DNA of 14,415 nt, taken from Coleofasciculus sp. B1-GNL1-01 (GTDB lineage: Bacteria > Cyanobacteriota > Cyanobacteriia > Cyanobacteriales > Coleofasciculaceae). Below, in pieces: positions 7,933 through 14,415 of the stretch. The DNA is taken from assembly GCA_040220235.1 (NCBI GenBank), contig JAVJTO010000116.1; one strand, given 5' to 3'. A program made the translations under genes and the position numbers. Below the pieces are notes generated by a model. It saw only the letters and a program-made list of their open reading frames with translations, was not told the origin of the DNA and searched no databases. Every line of letters begins with the position of its first letter. Within the stretch, counting starts at the first letter, position 1.

Positions 7933-10900
7933 CTAATTAATTTCGGTTAAGGTTAACAGCTTCTCCAACTCAAACCGATTCGTCAACTCAGTCAAGGCGT
8001 TAGCAAGGGATTCGTGAGGGGTGCGAATTTCCTCAATCAGACTCAGCATCAAATCAATATCACCCAATATTGTCGCTTGACGAAAAGCCTGTAACCAATC
8101 GGCGGGTAAGACAGCTAGAGAGTCTGGGGTTAAGGAATGGGCTGGGGTTTGGCTGAGTGGAGTTGATGCTGTTGTATCGTCATAAACATAGTTCACACCC
8201 AAATGCTGGTGAATCGCGTCAAAAATCTCCACATCCCGGAAGGGTTTGCGGATAAATCCATCACACCCCATGGAGAGGACAATTGCCTTCTCGGAATCGA
8301 AACTGCTAGCGGTAACGGCAATAATCGCCGTGGCTTGACCTTGAGTGGTGGCTTTAATCTGTTGGGTGGCTTCATACCCATCCATAATCGGCATCCGCAT
8401 ATCCATAAAGATGAGATGAGGTTGCCAATTCTGCCAAATCGCGATCGCGTCTTTCCCATTCGTCGCTTCTTGGAGGAGAAATCCCAGGGGATTGAGGAGT
8501 TGGATCAACAGTTTGCGGTTATCCACGCGATCGTCAACAATCAATATTCGATAACAGGGTTGGTTCGGTTCTAAAGCAATAATACGCCGTTTCGGTTTTA
8601 AGGTAGGAACTTGGCTGGCGTCTGCTAATTTAACCCTAATCTCAAACCTAAAAACTGTACCTTGTCCCACTTGAGACGCCACTGTCAGATCACCGCCCAT
8701 GAGTCGGACAAATTCACGACTAATCGATAACCCTAACCCCGTTCCTTCCTGATGCTGCTTCCCGGTTTGACTTTGAATAAACGAATCAAAGATATCCTCT
8801 AATTCCTCCGCCGCCATTCCCGCCCCTGTATCTTCAATTTCAAACTGGAGGGTGATCTCATCGGGTTCCTTGGTGGTGGGAGTTTCTCTGGTATCAGTAA
8901 CCCTTGAAACTCTCACCGATATCGCCCCTGAATGGGTAAATTTAAAGGCATTCGCGAGTAAATTAATCAAAACTTGGCGCAGTTTTACTGCATCATTTTG
9001 CACATATTCAGGAAGCTGACTGGAATAATCAAAGAGTAGCTGTAATCCTTTTTCCCTTGCCTTGATTCGGAACAGGATTTCCACATCCTGTAATAAGGCA
9101 TACAGGTCAAAAACGGTTTCATTTAGGGTGATCCGTCCGGCTTCAATTTTGGATAAATCTAACACCTGGTTAATCAGCGTCAGCAGATGTTCGCTATTGC
9201 GGTAAATAATCTCAACATTCTCTTGATAGTCAGCCGGAAACGTACTGCTGCGCTGCATCAATTGAGTAAACCCCATAATCGCGTTCAAGGGGGTTCGCAA
9301 TTCGTGACTCATATTCGCCAGGAACGTACTTTTCGCCCGGTTCGCTGTTTCAGCCGCGTCTTTGGCTTCTGTTAACGCCAGTTCGATTTGTTTGCGATCG
9401 GTAATATCTTCAGCAATCCCGACAAAGCGGTAAGTCTTTTGATGAGGAACCGGGAACGAACGGGCGCGAATCCACCGGATTTCTCCATTGGGTCGAGTAA
9501 TCCGATAGAGGTGATCAAACTCAGTCGCATCCTGTAATTGTCGTTCCATCGCAGCAACCGTTGACGGATAGTCCTCTGGGAAAACCGAGTCTAACCAAGA
9601 ACGAGGATTATCATATAAACTTTGGCGAGTTCTCTGCCAAATTTGTTCGTAGGCGGGGTTAATATAGAGCATTTCTCCGGTGTGGGAGAGAATAAAGAAA
9701 ACATCTTGGATGTTTTCTGCCAGTTGACGGAATTTTTCTTCACTCTCTCGTAATTGTTCCTCGATCAATTTGCGATCGCTAATATCCTGTACCGTGCCAA
9801 ACAGTTGAACCACCTGTCCCGATGAATTGAACATGGCTTCTCCCTTGCCCAAAACATACCGCATTGAACCATCACTCAGGAAAATTCGCATTTCATGTTC
9901 GTAGGATTTTCCTTCGGTAATGGCTTGTTCAACATAATGCTGAAATAGGGCAACATCATCGGGATGGATTTGTTGCACAAGCTGTTCGTAGCTAGGTTCA
10001 ACTTGGCTAGGATCACGTCCGTAAATACGGAAAATCTCATCCGACCAAACAATTTTATGACTGTTTATATCAAATGACCAATTGCCTAAATGAGCGAGGC
10101 GTTGAGCTTCATTGAGTTCTACTGTTCGTTCGCGAACTTGAGCCGCTAAAGTCTGGTTATAGTCGGCTAAAATCTGCTCCGTTTGCTTACGTTTCGTGAT
10201 ATCGAAAAATGTGGCGATCGCGGCAACAATAGTTCCGGTTTCATTCCTGATTGGGGTGCCATAGACTTCTAGGGGAATCCTGCGATCGGGTAAGCGAATT
10301 TCCATATCATCAACTTTCACTTTTTCACCCTGAAATGCCCGAACCAGAGGCGTTTGTTCGACAGGATACAATTCTTCGCTTTCCGCCTGATAAACGTGAA
10401 ACGTTTCTGATAAGTCGGCGGTTGTCGCTTCCGGTAAGGTTTCGATTCCCAAGAGTTGCTTTGATGTCTGGTTGGCGTAGATAATTTGTCCGCTAATATC
10501 ATGAACGGATATACCAACCGGAATCGCTTCTAGAATTTGGTTCAGGCGGCTTTCACTCTCAGTTAATGCTGTATTTAGAGTCTGAAGTTCAGTAAACGAG
10601 GTTTGCAGTTGACTTGCCATCTGAGCAAAGGAGTTTGCTAATTCTCCGACTTCATCGTGGCGCTGAATCACAACCGATTGTTCCCATTCTCCTTGAGCAA
10701 GTTTTTTGGCAGATTGGTTTAATTTAAGTAGAGGTTGAGTCACCCAACGGGCAGTGATAATACCCAATCCGGTGGCAATAATGAGAGTGGCAATACAAAG
10801 GATAATTGTCGTGCGAGTATTCGCATAAATTTGCGTCATAAAGTCCGACTCTGGCACAACAGAGACAATCAACCAATCCAAGCCATAGTCATCTTGATAG

Positions 10901-11883
10901 GGTTCAACGTGAACAAAATGGCGTTGGGATTGCCTTTGGGTGGAATCCTCGTCGAAAAAGGTAAAATCGACGTGTTGAATTGATGCCAGATTATCCTCTT
11001 GATTGAGTAATGCTTGCATCGTCATCCGCGTTAACCGATTGCTACTTTCAGTGGCTTTGAGTCGGATTAGTTGTTTGCCCTGAATATTTTTGACAAAAGC
11101 CTTTTCTTCCGTTGAGGTTGCGACCACATCCCCCGAATGTTCTATAATGAATACCTGTCCAGAGGTAGAAATATCTAATTTTTCCAAAAAATAACTAATC
11201 AAAGAGATCACAAAAATTCCATCAAAAATTCCCTGAAATTCATTATCTTTATAAACCGGAACAGACAGATTTATTGCCGCATTCTCTGTACCGACAAAGG
11301 GGTAAATTTTTGTCCAACTTAGTGTATTTTGCTGAATCGTTTCTTGATACCAGGGTCGTTTTCGGGGGTCCCAGTTGGGTAGAGTGTCATAGAGCCGAAT
11401 AACTTCACCCGCTTCATCAAGTAGAAAATAATTTCGCGATCCTGGAGCAGTTCCTTTTAACTCAGCTTTCAGATATGAACCTTTCGGAAAAACAAAACCA
11501 AACTTATCCTCTCCCACCGCAATATACGCTCCTGAGGGACTCGTATAACTCAATCCAGTCGGAGCATCAGATACCTGCATTTGCCGCCAGAGTCGCCTGT
11601 AAACTTGATCAATATCGGTTGGATCTAAATCCCCTTGTTCAACCGCTAATCGATTTAAGGTAACAAATTGATGAGGTTGCTGCAAATAACTGTTGACGCA
11701 ATCGCTGACTCGTTCGGCAGTTTCTTCAACTAATTGATTTGCCAGATCTTCAACGGCGTTTTGTCCACTGCGATAGGACAAATATCCAACTAATCCCACA
11801 GCGGTAATAATTTGTAAAATGAAGGGAACAATTAGAACCGTTCTCAGAGAAACTGGGCGGATTTTTTTGATAATGTCTCGCAT
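7933..11883 (-). CDS. Membrane-bound hybrid histidine kinase (TM-Cache-TM-HAMP-3xPAS-HisKA-HATPase-REC)
   Basis: Two TM segments around a Cache-like region (DPRKRPWY, WTKIY), HAMP (DEVGELANSF), three PAS/PAC units, SHELRTPLNAI, NLLANAFKFT, EDTGAG, GTGLGL, REC (IVDD, FMDMRMP.MDG, IRKP). Confidence 0.95.
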   Translation of the reverse strand: MRDIIKKIRPVSLRTVLIVPFILQIITAVGLVGYLSYRSGQNAVEDLANQLVEETAERVSDCVNSYLQQPHQFVTLNRLAVEQGDLDPTDIDQVYRRLWRQMQVSDAPTGLSYTSPSGAYIAVGEDKFGFVFPKGSYLKAELKGTAPGSRNYFLLDEAGEVIRLYDTLPNWDPRKRPWYQETIQQNTLSWTKIYPFVGTENAAINLSVPVYKDNEFQGIFDGIFVISLISYFLEKLDISTSGQVFIIEHSGDVVATSTEEKAFVKNIQGKQLIRLKATESSNRLTRMTMQALLNQEDNLASIQHVDFTFFDEDSTQRQSQRHFVHVEPYQDDYGLDWLIVSVVPESDFMTQIYANTRTTIILCIATLIIATGLGIITARWVTQPLLKLNQSAKKLAQGEWEQSVVIQRHDEVGELANSFAQMASQLQTSFTELQTLNTALTESESRLNQILEAIPVGISVHDISGQIIYANQTSKQLLGIETLPEATTADLSETFHVYQAESEELYPVEQTPLVRAFQGEKVKVDDMEIRLPDRRIPLEVYGTPIRNETGTIVAAIATFFDITKRKQTEQILADYNQTLAAQVRERTVELNEAQRLAHLGNWSFDINSHKIVWSDEIFRIYGRDPSQVEPSYEQLVQQIHPDDVALFQHYVEQAITEGKSYEHEMRIFLSDGSMRYVLGKGEAMFNSSGQVVQLFGTVQDISDRKLIEEQLRESEEKFRQLAENIQDVFFILSHTGEMLYINPAYEQIWQRTRQSLYDNPRSWLDSVFPEDYPSTVAAMERQLQDATEFDHLYRITRPNGEIRWIRARSFPVPHQKTYRFVGIAEDITDRKQIELALTEAKDAAETANRAKSTFLANMSHELRTPLNAIMGFTQLMQRSSTFPADYQENVEIIYRNSEHLLTLINQVLDLSKIEAGRITLNETVFDLYALLQDVEILFRIKAREKGLQLLFDYSSQLPEYVQNDAVKLRQVLINLLANAFKFTHSGAISVRVSRVTDTRETPTTKEPDEITLQFEIEDTGAGMAAEELEDIFDSFIQSQTGKQHQEGTGLGLSISREFVRLMGGDLTVASQVGQGTVFRFEIRVKLADASQVPTLKPKRRIIALEPNQPCYRILIVDDRVDNRKLLIQLLNPLGFLLQEATNGKDAIAIWQNWQPHLIFMDMRMPIMDGYEATQQIKATTQGQATAIIAVTASSFDSEKAIVLSMGCDGFIRKPFRDVEIFDAIHQHLGVNYVYDDTTASTPLSQTPAHSLTPDSLAVLPADWLQAFRQATILGDIDLMLSLIEEIRTPHESLANALTELTNRFELEKLLTLTEIN

Positions 11884-12032
11884 AATTCGTCGTTACGTCG
11901 AGTATCTTATGGTGTATTACTTTTGTGTAAGACATTTACCTAAATGGTAAACAGTAGTATTGCGCTGATCCGCTAAACTGATATACATTAAAATGGGGTG
12001 TTCCCCGTTTCCTGTTGCCGATTGCCTCAAAG

Positions 12033-12060
12033 GACAAATAACGCATGACAAATGACAAAA
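12033..12060. repeat. STRR2-like heptamers overlapping the phosphatase start codon
   Basis: gacaaat aacgcat gacaaat gacaaaa; same family as 2858-2906. Confidence 0.65.
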
Positions 12061-12713
12061 TTCTCAGTTGGCAAGACATACGCAACCACCTCAAGCACCC
12101 TTTGATCTTAGCAACTCCGGTAACTTTACACATAGTCCGTCATGCCCAAAGCACCGTCAATGCCGAAAAGCGAATTGCGGGTTCTAAAGATGTAGACTTA
12201 ACGCCGCAAGGTGAAGCACAAGCCAGGGTATTAGGAACTAAACTTGATCCAGAGTACAGTTTAGCCTTTGCATCTGGATTAAAACGCGCCTATAAAACGT
12301 TAGATATTGCTATAACTAGCGGCAATATTAGCGTGGGCAGTATCCACAAAGATAAGCGACTAAATGAACGGAATTTGGGCGTATTAGAAGGTGGCAAACT
12401 CCGATTTATTCCCGAATATGCGGCTGGTGATTTAAACTATGCCCCCGAAAATGGCGAAAGTTATGCCCAATTAGCTCAACGAATTTTCTCGTTTTTGATT
12501 GATCTGGCGCGGTTTACGCAAATGAGTGAGGTGAATAATATTTTGATTTGTAGTCACATCGGTTCAATCCGAATTCTGGTTAGCATCATCACGGAAAATA
12601 CCAGTTCGGTGGATGTATTGGGTCAGAGATTTGGTAATACTGAGTTGATCAAACTAGAATGGCATCGTTTAATTATCCCAGAATTTATAGAGAAAGGTGG
12701 AATTTTTAAATAA
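12045..12713 (+). CDS. Histidine phosphatase superfamily protein (phosphoglycerate mutase-like)
   Basis: VRHAQS (RHG variant), DVDLTPQG..QA, S.LKRA..T, LNERNLG..EG, GES, second His in ICSH. Confidence 0.88.
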   Translation: MTNDKILSWQDIRNHLKHPLILATPVTLHIVRHAQSTVNAEKRIAGSKDVDLTPQGEAQARVLGTKLDPEYSLAFASGLKRAYKTLDIAITSGNISVGSIHKDKRLNERNLGVLEGGKLRFIPEYAAGDLNYAPENGESYAQLAQRIFSFLIDLARFTQMSEVNNILICSHIGSIRILVSIITENTSSVDVLGQRFGNTELIKLEWHRLIIPEFIEKGGIFK

Positions 12714-12721
12714 ATGAACAT

Positions 12722-12810
12722 ATAGGGGCGGGTTTAGGGACAAAATTGACGGGAAAACCAATAAAATTCATACAAAACCCGCTTTGCGTCACCAATAACA
12801 TTCGATTAAT
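12722..12810 (+). repeat. Degenerate type-B REP unit (direct repeat of the units downstream of RAYT)
   Basis: Aligns with 14242-14330 but has ATAG for GTAG and cccgcttt for cccgccct. Confidence 0.9.
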
Positions 12811-12814
12811 GGAT

Positions 12815-13555
12815 GCGATCGCGTGGAATATTTCGTGGTTTGGCGGTGGGGATAGGGCGGGTTTCGTTGTTTTGTTGGGGGTGTGTATCATCATTGAATC
12901 CCTAAACCCGCCCCTACATGATTGGGGTGATTGGCGTGCGATCGCGTGGAATATTTCGTGGTTTGGTGGTGGGGATAGGGCGGGTTTCGTTGTTTTGTGG
13001 GGGGTGTTGTCTGATGATTTAATCCCTAAACCCGCCCCTACAGGATGGGGATGATTGGTGTGCGATCGCGTGGAATATTTCGTGGTTTGGTGGTGGGGAT
13101 AGGGCGGGTTTCGTTGTTTTGTGGGGGGTGTTGTCTGATGATTTAATCCCTAAACCCGCCCCTACATGATGGGGAGGATTGGCGTGCGATCGCGTGGAAT
13201 ATTAGGATAGATTTCGTGGTTTGGTGGTGGGGATAGGGCGGGTTTCGTTGTTTGGTTGGGGGTGTGTATCATGATTGAATCCCTAAACCCGCCCCTACAG
13301 GATCGGGATGATTGGCGTGCGATCGCATGGAATATTAGGATAGGTTTGGTGGTTTGGCGGTGGGGATAGGGCGGGTTTCGTTGTTTTGTTTGGGGTGTTG
13401 TCTGATAATTTAATCCCTAAACCCGCCCCTACATAATTGGGATGATTGGCGTGCGATCGCGTGAAATATTTCGTGGTTTGGTGGTGGGGATAGGGCGGGT
13501 TTTGTTGTATTGTTTGAGGTGTGTCTGATCATTAAATTCCTAAACCCGCCCCTAC
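12815..13555 (-). repeat. Type-A REP tandem array, 6 units, each with one HIP1 site
   Basis: HIP1 at 12815, 12938, 13062, 13186, 13319, 13453 (periods 123, 124, 124, 133, 134); aaacccgcccctac ends at 12917, 13041, 13165, 13298, 13432, 13555. Confidence 0.95.
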
Positions 13556-13591
13556 ACGTTTTGTCAAAGGAAAACCTCGTGCGATCTGATC

Positions 13592-14143
13592 ATGAAATAC
13601 AATCCGGATCAACATCATCGACGTTCAATCCGCCTGAAAGATTATGATTATACACAACCGGGATTTTATTTTATTACCATTTGTACTTGGCAACGCCAAA
13701 CCCTGTTAGGTGAAATCATCGATAGTCAAATGCAGTTAAGCGATTCCGGCAAATTTGTCTATTTACATTGGAAAAATTTGCTTCACTATCATCCTCATCT
13801 AAAATTAGATGAATTTGTGATCATGCCCAATCATCTCCATGGCATTTTGATATTGACAGCAGATACTACTGATCAAAAATACCATGGCTTGCCAGAGATT
13901 ATCAGAGGATTCAAAACCTTTTCAGCACGCCGCATTAATAAAAATCGTCGCCAGAGGGGTGTTCGCGTGTGGCAACGTGGCTATTATGAACATATTATCC
14001 GCAATGAACAAGCATTAACCGCGATTCGTGAATACATTGTGAATAATCCCATAGCCTGGGAAGAGGACGAATTGCACCCTAGTGGTTCTCAAGAATGGGA
14101 TGGAACCATTAAAAATTTAGCCTTGCATAAGAATCGAAGATAA
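13592..14143 (+). CDS. REP-associated tyrosine transposase (RAYT/TnpA-REP, Y1 HUH family)
   Basis: HRRSIRL..YDY, YFITICT, HUH motif MPNHLHGIL, FKTFSAR, WQRGYYEHIIR, catalytic Tyr in YIVNNP; flanked on both sides by GTAG repeats. Confidence 0.93.
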   Translation: MKYNPDQHHRRSIRLKDYDYTQPGFYFITICTWQRQTLLGEIIDSQMQLSDSGKFVYLHWKNLLHYHPHLKLDEFVIMPNHLHGILILTADTTDQKYHGLPEIIRGFKTFSARRINKNRRQRGVRVWQRGYYEHIIRNEQALTAIREYIVNNPIAWEEDELHPSGSQEWDGTIKNLALHKNRR

Positions 14144-14150
14144 ATCTAAT

Positions 14151-14415
14151 GTAGGGGCGGGTTTAGGGACAAAATTGACAGGAAAACCAATAATATTCAT
14201 ACAAAACCCGCCCTGCGTCACGAATAAGATTAGATTAATCTGTAGGGGCGGGTTTAGGAACAAAATTGACGAGAAAACCAATAACCTTCATACAAAACCC
14301 GCCCTGCGTCACCAATAAGATTCGATTAATCTGTAGGGGCGGGTTTAGGAACAAAATTGACGAGAAAACCAATAACCTTCATACAAAACCCGCCCTGCGT
14401 CACCGCAAACATTCG
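14151..14415 (+). repeat. Type-B REP tandem array, 91-bp period, at least 3 units, runs to the window edge
   Basis: GTAGGGGCGGGTTTAGG at 14151, 14242 and 14333, each paired with aaaacccgccctgcgtcac. Confidence 0.95.

Noticed and set aside
1742..12133. Remaining short ORFs nested in or overlapping the kinase and phosphatase genes
   Set aside because: Alternate-frame or antisense shadows of well-supported CDSs with no independent evidence.
12706..13054. ORFs 12746..13054 (+) and 12706..12894 (-)
   Set aside because: Translations of the repeat units, with a duplicated peptide and no domain signal.
13592..14143. IS200/IS605 TnpA insertion sequence
   Set aside because: No tnpB, and the motif set (RRSIRL..YDY, WQRGYYEHIIR, YIVNNP) plus GTAG repeat flanks fit RAYT.
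12815..14415. CRISPR array interpretation of the regularly spaced repeats
   Set aside because: Sequences between the conserved motifs are near-identical copies rather than unique spacers, periods are 91-134 bp, and no cas gene is present.

Overview
Cyanobacterial chromosomal window, judged from at least 14 HIP1 octamers (GCGATCGC), a petJ gene and STRR-type heptamer repeats; the repeat content suggests a filamentous lineage (inference). In positional order it encodes cytochrome c6 (petJ), a PAS histidine kinase, a membrane-anchored Ser/Thr kinase-fold protein with a broken catalytic loop (probable pseudokinase), a VapBC-type toxin-antitoxin pair, two co-oriented hybrid histidine kinases, a histidine phosphatase and an intact REP-associated tyrosine transposase (RAYT). 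The main feature is the RAYT locus. Upstream are six 123-134 bp units, each with one HIP1 site. Downstream are at least three 91 bp units, and one more decayed copy of that type sits on the far left. Both unit types share a GTAG + 10-bp stem with a 39-40 nt loop of different sequence. Most intergenic gaps also hold small GTAG-footed hairpins, nested mini-elements or tandem repeats, and one repeat element has entered a kinase gene in frame. No database searches were run; family calls rest on motif recognition.
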